A stretch of 64,000 nucleotides of DNA from assembly GCA_030390025.1 (NCBI GenBank), contig CM059432.1:53136001-53200000 (forward strand), given 5' to 3'. Under the pieces are notes generated by a model. It made no database searches and was not told the origin of the DNA. It worked only from the letters and a program-made list of their open reading frames with translations. Origin of the DNA: Squalus acanthias (Eukaryota). Positions 38,952 to 51,051 of this stretch are shown here, one piece after another; within the stretch, counting starts at the first letter, position 1, and each line of letters starts with the position of its first letter. The position numbers and the translations under genes were made by a program.

Positions 38952-40113
38952 CTAGAAGCGGCTTGCTATTAGCCGTTGACGGACGGCCCTTGCAGTTTCA
39001 CCATTGTGTGCCGCCCTCCCGCCTTGGTGCTGCTGATGATCATCCTCCTCGTCCTCTTCCTCCTCTTCCTCCTCCTCCTCTGGTGGTGCTTCAAGTGCCT
39101 GGTGGCATTGGCTTGGTCCTGAGGATTGCCATGTTATGCAACATGCAGCACACGACTACGAAGTTGGATACTCGCTCAGGCGAGTACTGCAGGGCTCCTC
39201 CAGAATGGTCGAGACAGCGGAACCGTTGCTTCAGCACGCCGATTGTGCGCTCAATTATGTTCCTGGTAGCTTGATGGCTCTCATTGTACCGCAGCTCAGC
39301 AGGGGTGTTGGGCGTACGGAGCGGTGTCATCAGCCAGGTGCTCAATGCATACCCCTTGTCCCCGAGAAGCCAACCAACTGGCTGATGCGGTGCCTCGAAA
39401 AGTTCTGCCACAGTAGTCTGGCGCAGGATAAAAGCATCGTGGCAGCTGCCAGGATAGTGGGCATTGACAGCGAGTATCAGCTGTCTGTGGTCACAGACCA
39501 ACTGAACATTCAAGGAATGGAACCCCTTTCTGTTCCGGAATTCCTCGGCATTCTCATGCGGAGCACGCAAAGCCACATGCGTGCAGTCAATGGCGCCCTG
39601 CACCATGGGGAAGCCCGCTACCCTCGCAAAGCCCAGAGCGTGGTCACGCTGCTTGTCTGGGGTCATGGGGAAAGAGATGAACTCTCATCTCCTTTTAAAG
39701 AGGGCATTTGTGACCTGCCGGATGCAGCAATGCACCGCGAACTGGGAGATATTGGCGAGGTCCCCAGCAGCAGCTTGAAATGAGCCAGTAGCGTAAAAGT
39801 TGAGAGCCACTGTGACCTTCACTGCCACCGACAGAGACGTCCTGGACCTCAGTTGAGGCTGCAGATCTGGCTGCAGCAGGTGGCAGAGCTCAGTGACCAC
39901 CTCCTTGCTGAATCGCAGCCTTCGCAAACACAGCTCCTCAGACATATGAATGTAGGAGAGCTGTTCACGATATACCCTGGGAGGGTAAGCTCTCCTGTAC
40001 ATACGCCTGTTGGCCCTCCTCCGTCTGGCCATCATTGCCACTCTCTCTCTGCGTCTCTGTATCCTCCGATTCAGCTGGAGCAGGACGACGCCCCCAATCA
40101 GTGCAGCCCCCAT
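38952..40113 (-). pseudogene. Harbinger DDE transposase of copy 1 (nonsense at 39685-87, frameshift near 39095)
   Basis: IDCTH, HDAF, GDKGY and IERTIG motifs present. CGA>TGA relative to copy 2. Confidence 0.9.
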
Positions 40114-41870
40114 AGTCTCTTTGCAAGCAAAGTAATGAAGGACAGCAACTAAAGTACTAGCGAAGTTAGGATCAATAGGCAAAACTACCTCACAAAGCAT
40201 TGAGTCAATGCAGAAGTCTCTCTTTCTCTCTCTCCGAATCTCTCTCTCTCTCTCAGAACGAGTGGTGCAAAAATGTCGACCACAGAAAAAGACAGGAAGA
40301 GGCCCCCTTTAAATAGCGCCCCCCCCCAGCCCCACAGCGATTGATAGCGTTCCAGTCTTCCGGTCGTTGGATGCGCCAGACGGTAAGGCAGGGGGCTCCA
40401 CTCAATTTCCGCTCCAGGGCGCCACAAGGGCGTTGCACCATGGAATGACGTCACAATCTGCGCGCGCAGGTGGTCGCAGCGGTAAGTTTTAGCGCCGCTG
40501 CACAATCTCTAGTTAAGTTCCCGAGCGGCGCAAACATCGCTGCGCCCGGGCGTTAGCGGCTTTGCGCCCCATTAGCGCCCTCTTAAGGCGCTAACGGGAG
40601 GCGCAACCAACTGAATTTTTACCCCTAATCGTTGAAAAATTAGCATCAGGGGAGTGGAGCGCTAAATCAAGTGCTAACCATTTCTCTTAGGGCGCTAAAG
40701 TGTGTGAGGGGGCAGTAGCGCAGAGCGCTGAAGAACATGCATCAGAGGCTCCTTCCCTCGCTTAAAGGGACAGGCCAATGATGGTTTGCAACATTCTTCT
40801 TCTTAGTTCTGTTGGGCCAGGGGACCTGCGCAACTTCTATTACAGCCCAAATCATTCTCAGAGAGTGGAGGGCTTAGGCATCGTGCAGCAATGAGGCTTC
40901 AAAAACTTTCAGCAGGCACCAGGCTGGTGCGAAGAATAAAGTTTGGCCTATCTGACCACCACTGCCTTTAATTATTGCTCCCCAAGCGGCCAGCTGAGGT
41001 GACAACGCCTCCTGTTGCTGCCGTTGTTGACACCTGGCGATGCAGCAGGGGACGGGAGCAAATTTCACATTCGGGGCGGTAACGGGGCGTTGCGCACTTG
41101 ACGACGTTACGACCTACGGGGCGCTAGAGACTGAGGCGGTAAGTGTTAGCGACAGGGGAGTTCGTGGGCGTCGCTGAATTCGCCGCGCCCGGTCGGTAAC
41201 CCCTTAGCGGCCCATTACCATCACCCGTAGGCAATAACGGGAGGCACAAAGCAGCCGAAGTTCTAGCCCATAGGATCATAGAATGGCTACAGCACAGAAG
41301 GCGGCCATTCGGCCCGTTGAGCCTGTGCCGGCTCTCTGCAAGAGCACTTCAGCTAGTCCCACTCCCCCGCCATTTCCCCGTAGCCTTGCAAATATTTTTC
41401 CTTCAGGTACTTATCCAACTCCCTTTTGAAAGCCATGATTGAGTTTGCCTTCTCCACCTTTTCAGGCAATGCATTCTAGATCCTAACCACTCACTGCATA
41501 AAAAAGTTTTTTCCTCATGTCACCTTTGGTTCTTTTGCCAATCACCTTGAATCTGTGTCCTCTGGTTCGCGACCCTTCCACTAATGGGAACAGTTTCTCT
41601 CTATCTATTCTGTCTAGACTCCTCATGATTTTGACTACCTCTATCAAATCTCCTCTCAACCTTCTCTGCTCTAAGGAGAACAACCCCAGCTTCTCCAGTC
41701 TATCCATGTAAATGAGAAGTCCCTCATCCCTGGAATCATTCTCGTAAATCTTTTATGCACCCTCTCTAAAGCCTTCACATCCTTCCTAAAATGCGATGCC
41801 CAGAATTGGACACAATACTCCAGCTGAGGCCGAACCAGTGTTTTATAACTTCCTTGCTTTTGTACTCTAT

Positions 41871-44226
41871 GGCCGGGATCTTACCTGAAGAGGCGCGTTG
41901 GGGGCGGGACTGGTGCCTTTCGGGTTCTAGTCCAGCCCCCAGTGACGTCCGACGCACAGGTGCTATTTTGCATCAATTGGCCTTGTTAAGCCCGCCCTGC
42001 GGGCTTGCTGGCCAATTAAGAGAAAGCCGGTGTCAGATGACGTCAGTTGATGACACGTCATCTGCCGGTTTTCTTAAAGAGGCCACCACCATTTCTTTTT
42101 AACAGATGATTTTTTTCAGTGTTTTACAGCATTGAGGTGCTGCAAACACTGACAATCACTGTACAAAGGTGAGACCTTGCACCTAGGCTCTCCAGTGACT
42201 CTCTCCTTAGGCTAAAACGGATGGCAGCTGCAGGTGAGGTTACAGAAGCGATCTGTCACTGGTGAGAGACGTTCTCCAAATGAGGTGGGACGACACAAAC
42301 ACTTCAAAGCTTGTTACGTACAGAAAATTCTAAACACATTAAAAATGACTTTCCCAACACTTTCTTACCTCTGCAACTCACCAGTGTCCCATTGGATCCT
42401 TCACACCACTTCTGCAGCTGTCATCTGTACACAAACATTACAGTCAACCCACAGCACACCACACTTACCCTGGCAGGGTTTCCTGACATCGGGAAGCCCG
42501 CAGTAGAAGTGTCAAAATTGGAAAAAGCATCTTAACTGCCTGTTAACTACCTGTTAACAAGCAGTTAAGTGGCTATATTCTTCTTCCCGCCGCTAGGAGT
42601 TGGGTTCCTGTGCAAATCGGGGACCCGATTCCCGGGAAGATTGATTGGAGGCGGGTTGGAAGCAGGTTCGGGACCCGCTGCCAATCATTTTGATTTTGCC
42701 AGCAGTCCAAACCCTGAAGGGATAATTACAAGTCCTAGCCCTTTCGGACTACCCCAGATCAGGCGTATTCCCCAGACGTTCACCTTCAACTAAAGTTAGC
42801 AGTAGCCGGATTCTATAAGATGCTTAATTGGGTCTAAAGGCCAGACTACCTCTCCCTAAAGGAAAGAAACGGTCTGAAGATGTTACCATCCTCCGGATAG
42901 TACTTTTAATAAGTTTAACTAGACTGTAACCTTTCGGATATTATGAGGGTCCGGAATACCCCCCAAAATTCTGCAACTCCTCACTGAAGAGTGTACAGAA
43001 ATTGAGTTCACGAGTTTATGCAGAAATACTCTGTGAGACAATTCTATAAATATATAGATTTATTAAAGAACCGACATTTAGTTAACATTTAGTTATGGCA
43101 ATCGCAACTTTAACAGTTCAAAATACAAATAGCTTACATTTCTTATCAGAGATCCTTATTCTCAAATCTTAACTTCGTTCCATTTCCACACTTCTACTTA
43201 TTTCTTAATCCAGAATATCCACCAAAATCAAATACCTTGATTACCCGAGACTCAGTTAAAAACTTACAGAGCGTGCCTGTGAAGTTGAGAAACGCTTGCC
43301 TTCCCAGCGACTTCTGACTTTTCATCTGAAAAGCTCTTATTTTTATATCTTTTTTTGGTGGTTTATCCTTTGAAGTTTTCCTGCTGATGTAAGCTAATTG
43401 TCTCAAGTCATTCTCTATTGAATTGTTTTCTATTCTTACTGTCGTTTCAGCTGTTAGCTTTTAGACTTGTCTCCTGCTTAGGTGTTTCAAAAACCATCAT
43501 AAAAAATAATATGACAGTAGTATTTATTTGATGTGATTCTTAAGAAGTCTTTCTATTGAATTTCTAATATAATTTAACTACTTATAAGCCAGACGTCATG
43601 TCTCCTAACTATTCCATTTTCAATACAAACACAATGTAATTGCTTGGTGTCATCTATTGATATTATATTTTCAAAGCCTTTCTGTAGGTATATTTTACAA
43701 CTTGTAAATTTAAAACACTTCTCTTAGGGTGTTTACTTGTTTTCTTGCTATCTCAATTGGTTGCATATTTAATCATGTTTCCTGTTTCTAAGTTTAACAT
43801 AAAACTATTTTACGACAGGTATTTCTTTTACCTGATGTCATTTTTTCAAAGGCACTTGGTTTTTTTAATGTTCTGTGCACCTGTTCGACATGTTAGCTTT
43901 CGACACTTTACTTGGGTCACTCCTATTGTCTTGTTCCAAATTCTAGACATTCTGGAAGCACCAATGGTTTGCTTCAATAGGGGCTTTGTCTCTGTCAATA
44001 TCCCATTCCCATTTCAAAGCTTGTTTTCACAGCTTTGTGTTAACAACTGATCTTATCTCATAAGCCTGTATTTCTGTTTTACGGCCTGTGTCGCCGAGGC
44101 TTTCAGATTTTTAACCCCAGTTTGTCATGTTTTAATGTTATCAAATCTGTTTAAAGGATGATATATTTCTTGGAATATGGCTATTTCCTTCACAACCGAC
44201 CCCTGAGCACCGTCAAAATCACCCCC
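41871..44226. mobile_element. Non-autonomous DNA transposon (Harbinger-like) hosting a solo LTR
   Basis: TAT TSD (41868-70 / 44227-29). Removal restores CR1 GTACTCTATGCCTCTATT. Imperfect TIR. Confidence 0.7.
42715..44194 (-). mobile_element. Solo LTR family 2 (1480 bp)
   Basis: TG...CA termini, ACCC/ACCG 4-bp TSD, homologous to 50197-55928 in opposite orientation. TATA-like and AATAAA motifs on the minus strand. Confidence 0.85.
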
Positions 44227-44244
44227 TATGCCTCTATTTATGAA

Positions 44245-44464
44245 AATGAGAAGTCGCACAACACCAGGTTATAGTCCAACAGATTTATTTAATTTTACAA
44301 GCTTTCGGAGCTGTTCGCTCCTTCTTCAGGTAGGGTAGCTGAAGAAGGAGCGAACAGCTCCGAAAGCTTGTAAAATTAAATAAATCTGTTGGACTATAAC
44401 CTGGTGTTGTGCGACTTCTCATTTTTGTCCACCCCAGTCCAACGCCGGCATCTCCACATCATGA
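44245..44464. mobile_element. 220-bp fold-back (hairpin) PLE family A mini-element with two hammerhead cores
   Basis: ~87-bp perfect inverted arms (44243-44329 / 44339-44425). 14-bp duplication CCTCTATTTATGAA (44231-44 / 44465-78). Confidence 0.92.
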
Positions 44465-45829
44465 CCTCTATTTATGAAGCCCAGGATCCTGTATGCTTTT
44501 TTAACCGCTTTCTCAACCTGCCCTGCCACCTTCAATGATTTGTGCACATGTACCCCCAGGTCTCTGTTCATGCACCCCCTTTAGGATTGTACCCCTTAGT
44601 TTTTATTGCCTCTCCTCATTCTTCCTACCAAAATGTATCACTTCGCACTTTTCTGCGTTAAATTTCATCTGCCATGTGTCTGCCCATTTCACCAACCTGT
44701 CTATGTCTTCTTGAAGTCTATCCCTATCCTCCTCACTGTTCACTATACTTCCAAGTTTTGTGTCATCTGCAAATTTTGAAATTGTGCCCTGTACTCCCAA
44801 GTCCAAGTCATTAATATATATTGAGAAAAGCAGTGGTCCTAGTACCGACCCCTGGGGAACACCACTGTATACCTTCCTCCAGTCCGAAAAACAACCATTC
44901 TCCACTACTCTTTGTTTCCTGTCACTTAGCCAATTTGGTATCCATGCTGCCACTGTCCCTTTTATTCCATGGGCTTCAAGTTTGTTGGTAAGCCTATTAT
45001 GTGGTACTTTATCAAACGCCTTTTGGAAGTCCATATACACCACATCAACTGCATTGCCCTCATCAACCCTTTCTGTTACCTCATCAAAAACTCGATTAAG
45101 TTAGTTAAACACGATTTGTCTTTAACAAATCCGTGCTGTCTTTCCTTAATTAATCCACACTTGTCCAAGTGGCTGTTAATTTTGTCCTGGATTATCATTT
45201 TTAAAAGCTTCCCCACTACCAAGGTTAAACTGACTGGCCTGTAGTTGCTGGGTTTATCCTTACACCCTTTTTTGAACAAGGGTGTAACATTTGCAATTCT
45301 CCAGTCCTCTGGCATCACTCCCGTTTCTAAGGAGGATTGGAAGATTATGGCGAGTACCTCCGCGATTTCCTCCTTAACCTCCCTCAGCATCCTAGGATGC
45401 ATCCCATCCGGTCCTGGTGACTTAGCAACTTTAAGTTCAGACAGCCTTTCTAGTACCTCCTCTTTATCAATTCTTATCTCATCCAGTATCTTCATTACTT
45501 CCTCTTTCACTATGACCTCCTCTTTCACTATGACTTATTTGTATGTATGATAGTGCTTTACAATAGGTACACCAGGAGGTTTGAGACAATTCCTTAGTCT
45601 AGCCCATTCCTTGTAACTAACTGGCATGATTACTTGATTGTTCTTTTTGCCTTAAAACTAACGCTGTATCTCTCATCTCATTCTGGGGTTGATTGTGAAG
45701 GGGAGGGCAGGGCAGGGGGGCTCAATATCCCTGAATTAAAATTCAATCTAGTCTAAGGGTTTCTTCGTCACTTACTGATCAGCTAAACTCAGTCCTCCGA
45801 AATACTTTTTGACAGTATAACTCGTACAA

Positions 45830-47570
45830 GCGTCAGAGGTTTTTATGAACACACGAACATACGAAATTGACGACCAGGAAAAGACCAGCTTGTCCACCAA
45901 GCCTGTCCCACACCACGATGGCCAGAGCATCATGACCACCAAACACTTCCTCCCTTCCTCTTTCAACTGCCCCCCCCCCACCCCCCTCCCACCCATCTCC
46001 CCTGCAGCCACGTAGTCTCCTGGGAGAGGCAAAAGAAACTGAAAAACCCAAGGCTAATAGGGTAAAATACTCTGGAAAACTCCTCTCCTAGCCCCTCAGG
46101 CGATCAAAACCAGTCCAGGAGGTCACATGGACCAAGTCTCATCTATAAAGACATTTACCTTCTGTATGGTGCGATCTCTACCCCAGTCAAGAACTGGTCC
46201 AGCTCTCTCTTGAAGGCATTCAGAGAGTCAGCACCCACCGCACCAGCCGGCAATGTATTCCAGGGGCTCACTACTCTCTGGGAAAAGAAGAACCGCCCAA
46301 CGTCCAGTCTATTCCTGCTCTTACATAGTTTAAAAATGTGTCTTCTGGTCCTCCCCAATCTGTTAAACTGGAATAATATATCAATCGGCTCGTTATCCAG
46401 CCCTTTAGTTATTTTATAGACCTCTATCAGGTCACCTCTAAGTCTGCACTGCTCTAAAGTAAATAGACCAAGGTTGTTGAGCCTATCTGAGTAACTGAGG
46501 TTCTTTAAACTAAGAATCATCTTTATAGCTCTCCTCTGGACCTTTTCCAAGACCACTCTATCACCCACCATGTGGGGGAACCAAAGCTGAGCACTGTATT
46601 CCAGATGTAGTCTGACCAGCGACCTGTATAGTAACAAAATGGTGTCCTTTGATTTACACTGAATGGTTCTATTAATACAAACCAATACCCTGTTAGCTTT
46701 AGCTACAGTTTCTCTACATTGGTAAGTACCTTCAGTGATCTGTGCACAGTAACACCAAGATTGTTTTCTCTCTCAACTGCTTTCAGTATTGTTCCCTGCA
46801 AATGATATGTGTATTCTGTGTTGGTCCTACCAACTAGCACAACACTACATTTATCTATATTAAAAGAAATTTGCCATTGTGTGGCCCATGTCCCTAGCAT
46901 ATCTTAATGTTTTTGCATTTGATTGCACTCCTCTACTGTGTAAGTCCTTGCACAGATTTTGGTGTTATCTGCAAATTTACTAACCATACTTTTAATACCA
47001 CTGTCCAGGTCATCAGTAAAGACGGTGAACAGTAACGTGCCCAGGATCGATTCCTGGGGGAAACCACTAGTAACGTACCTCCAGGCTGAACCACATTCGT
47101 TAACTACAGTTTTTTGGTTGCGGGATTGGAGCCAATTCCTAATCCAGCAGTTCAAACCCCTACTGATACTGCATCTTGTGACGTAATCTAGTGTGAGGTA
47201 CCTTATCAAAGTTTTTCTGAAAAACCAGGTAGACAATGTCTACCGGATTTCCCTCATCCATTACCCTAGTGACTTCCTCAAAAAACTCTATATCAAATTT
47301 GAAAGGCGCGACCTATTTTTTTGGAAGCCATATTGTGAATTTCTAATTGTCCCTTCCCCTTGCCAGTGATCATAAAGGCCATCTCTTACGATCCCTTCTA
47401 ACATCTTCCCAATAATGATGTCACACTGTTAGGCCTGTAGTTCCCTGGCTCTGATTTGTCCCCTTTTTAGAAAATAGGAACTATATGAGCTAGCTTTCAG
47501 TCTAAGGGCACTATCCCTGACTCTACTGAACTATTGAAAATATGGGCAAGGGGCTCACAGAGCACCTGTC
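45830..47570 (-). mobile_element. CR1 LINE (second family), degraded
   Basis: LYRSLVRLHLEY...RLRGDLIEVYKI; GFPQESILG; SKFADNTK. Confidence 0.85.
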
Positions 47571-47589
47571 CCAACACTTTAATCACCAT

Positions 47590-49167
47590 TTCATTTTAAT
47601 GGTTGAGGTTACTGGTATCGCTTATGAATAATCTGATCATGTAGAGCCCGTGAAAAAAGGGGCTGACTACGTTGTAGCCTTCCTTCCTCTTCCTGTTGCA
47701 CTTCCTCCTCCTCCACTTCCTCTTCCTCCTTCTCCTCTTCCTCTTGCTCCTGCTCCTCAGCTTCAGACCTGATAGGTGATGGCAAGGGCTGTTCCCTCAT
47801 AATGACAAAGTTGTGCAGCGTGCAGCATAATGTCACAAATCTTGATACCCGCTCTGCTGAGTACTGCAGGGCTCCTCCAGAGTGGTCCAGGCATGTCATG
47901 AGTGGATAACCCTTGTCGCCCAGTAGCCAGCCTTTGGTGGTTCAAATACAGGTGGAACAGAGGACTGCCGCAAAATGAAGGCATCGTGACTACTGCCAGG
48001 GTAATGGGCATTCACCTGCATGATGCGTTGCCTGTGGTCGCACACCAGCTGCACATTGAGGGAGTGAAATCCATTTTGGTTCTTGATAAGTTCACGTGAG
48101 TTGCATGCAAGGCAGTGTGCATGTAGTCAATGGCACCCCACACCATGGGGAAGCCTGCAATGCATGCAAAACTTCATGCTTGCTCCCCCTGCTTGTCTCT
48201 GGCAAGAGGGAATGAGCTGAAAGTGTTTCTCTGTGTATAGAGAGCCTCAGTGACCTCCCTTATACAGCAGTGCACTGCAAACTGCGAGATGTTGCTTATA
48301 TCTCCAGCAGCAGCCTGGAAGGAACCCGCACATAAAAGTTCATAGCCAGGGCCACATTGACAGCCACAGGCCACAGGCTGTCCTTGCCCTGCTTTGACAT
48401 AGCAGCTGTGGCTGCATCTGTTGGCAGATTTCAGACACGACCTCTTTTGTGAAGCAAAGGCGTTGCAAGCATTTGTCTTCACTGAAGTTGAGGTAAGAGA
48501 ATTGCTCCCTAAAGACCCTTGGTGGATATGGCCTCCTACTGAGAGCCCTTCTCCCCCTCTCCTCCTCTCTCTTCTAGCAGCTTGTCCTGTTCTGTGTGGC
48601 CTCTCTTCATTCTCCCAGTCGTATTCAATTCTGAGAGGAAGCCCTACCAGGCCACCCATGTCTGGAAGCAACTTGTTTTAGCACAAGATTTTAAATCAAC
48701 AGAAAAGTGCTTCAGCACCAGCCAGAGCTCTCCCTGTAGACTATTCAAACTTTAGGCAAGTACAGAAAAGTTCCAAAAACATGTACAATTGCACCAGCAG
48801 CCAGAAGAAATAATCTAGCAACTAACCTGTAAGTAGTTCATGACCCATTTAAATAACACCGGTAGTGATCCTTCATTTTGTTTAACGTCGTGTTCAGCTG
48901 TGTGAGGTTAAGGCAGGGCATTGGCAGGAATGTGGACTTCAAAAATGGCAGCGTGGCATCAAATCAGCATTGTACACTGATTTGTGTCATCATCTCGCTG
49001 CTCTACATGTTGCCGACGGTCGTTAGGTGTGCACACGCAAACCCCTTTATCAAGATGGCGTCCTGTGCACTTCCCGCCGAAAGTCAGAAATCTCGGACCC
49101 CATTTTCGATCCTTATGTGGCCGCGTAGTGCCTAAAATATGGGCACCACATGGCCCAATTTAGCCCC
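47590..49167 (-). mobile_element. Truncated Harbinger with transposase pseudogene
   Basis: CLDHSGGALQYSAERV; AGSFQAAAGDISNISQFAVHCCIREVT; terminus CCCAATTTAGCCCC. Confidence 0.75.
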
Positions 49168-51051
49168 ATGAACAATGAGTTCAATGATATCGAGTTCAGT
49201 TGCCTTATTAATCTTTTCCTCTACTGTAACAATTAGCAGTTAAATAACTCAAAACTAAGCTGTTCTCTGTCATTTCAAAAAATGTATTGAGCAAAATGAA
49301 TTGAGACATTTGAGTGTGAAAGGTGCCATATAAATTCAGGTATTATTATTGTACATTCAATAATTTATAAAGTAAGATTAAATAAATCTGTTTACACGTT
49401 AACATTATGGAACATAGGGGGAAAACTTTGGTTGCTTTGCGCCTCCCATTAGTGCCTTAAGAGGGTGCTAATGGGGCGCAAAGCAACTAGCGCCTGGGCG
49501 CGGCGATGTTTGTGCCGCTTGCAAAATTGACCAGACATTTTGTGGCGGCGCTAAACAGTACCGCCACGATCTCCTGTGCCAGCAGATCGTGACGTCAGTC
49601 GAGCGTGCAACGCCCCGGTAGCGCTCCGGACCGGATATTGAGTGGCGCCTCCAGCAACAACAGGTTGAGGGGAGCGTTTTGCAGCCGGGAAGGGACTGGG
49701 GGAGCGCTATTTAAAGGCGACCGCTTCCTGCCGCTTTTTGTCGGCAACATTTTTGCACCACGCATTCTGAGAGAGAGAAAGAGAGAGAGAGAGACTTCTG
49801 GAGAGATTCAACGCTGTGTGAAGGAGTTTTGGGTACTGAACAGCACTTTGCAGGTTCATTTTGATTTGCCCTTCCTTGTATCGATTTAGAAGAGAATGTG
49901 GGGGCTGCACTCTGTGCTCTTTCCCTGGTCTCTCCATTGTTCTTTCCAGCAGATTTGATGTACAGGTCTCTCCAGGCTGAGATTCAAGGCTGCAATGAGC
50001 AGGGTGTGGATGGAGCACAAGATCGACCCTCCCCTTTAAGAACTGGCCGGGGCCATTGTGTGTGTGTTCCATTGCTGACTGACATCACATGAGCTTCGCC
50101 AGCGCTCTGAGGTATCGCCTCGCTCCTCAGCATTAGCGCCTTAAGAGAGGTGTGTAGCGCCTGATTTAGCGCTCCAATCACCTCCAGGGGTGATAGTGTA
50201 AAGGAATAGCCATATTTCAGAAAAATACACCATCCTATGAACAGAATTCTGACATTATTAAAATATAACAAACTGGGTTTAAAAATCTAAAAGCCTCAAC
50301 AACACAAAGCTGTAAATACAGGCTTCTGAGATAAGATGAGCTTGTTAACACAAAGCTGTAAACACCATACAAGCTTTTGAAATGGGAAATGGTTATTGAC
50401 ACTGAGACAATGACCCTATTGAAGAAGCAAAGGCTTGCTTCCAAGGAGTCTGCAGTTTGGAACCAACACAATGCTATACCCAGTTTAAAGTGTTAAAAAA
50501 TAACACTTCGAACAGAAATACAGAACATTAAAAAACCATGGGGGAAAAATTCAGTTGGTTGCGCCTCCCGTTAGCGCCTTAAGAGGGCGCTAATGGTGCG
50601 CAAAGCAACTAGCGCCTGGGCGCAGCGATGTTTGCGCCGCTCGCGAACTTAACTAGACATTTTGCGGCGGCGCTAAACTTTACCGCCGCGATCTCCTGCG
50701 CACGCAGATCTTGACGTCATACGAGGGTGTAACGCCCTTGTGGCGCCCCAGAGCGGAAATTGAGTGGCGCCCCCATCCTTTCCGCCTGGCGCAACCAACG
50801 ACTGGAAGACTGGAACGCTCCCAGTCGCTGTGGGGCTGGGGGGGCGCTATTTAAAGGGGGCCACTTCCTGTCTTTCTCTGTGGTTGACATTTTTGCGCCA
50901 CTCGTTCTGAGAGAGAGAGAGAGAGATTCGGAGAGAGAGAAAGAGAGACTTCTGCATTGAGTCAACGCTGTGTGAGGTAGTTTTGGCTACTGATCATAAC
51001 TTGGCAGGTACTTTGGTTTTTGGCCTTCATAACTTTGATTGCCAAGAGACT

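Larger units (their letters stand above)
31304..40625. mobile_element. Full-length PIF/Harbinger transposon, copy 1
   Basis: GGGGGAATAATT ... AATTTTTACCCC termini, canonical TAA TSD (31301-03 / 40626-28), convergent Myb and transposase genes. Confidence 0.92.
31258..41269. mobile_element. Harbinger-type MITE (~690 bp net) hosting the autonomous Harbinger copy 1
   Basis: GGGGGAGAAATTCG ... CGAAGTTCTAGCCC; TSD ATA (31255-57 / 41270-72). Inserted in the CR1 tail microsatellite. Confidence 0.75.
41270..45530 (-). mobile_element. CR1 LINE (3' half) interrupted by a MITE, a solo LTR and a PLE hairpin
   Basis: RT motifs (KSPGPDG, NYRPVSL, DFQKAFD, VPQGSVLG, FADD). 3' tail at about 41270-41285, continuing from 31250-57. 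Confidence 0.9.

Noticed and set aside
31258..40625. Taking 31258 as the left end of Harbinger copy 1
   Set aside because: The TSDs disagree (ATA vs TAA). The inner terminus at 31304 gives TAA/TAA, and 31258 pairs with 41269.
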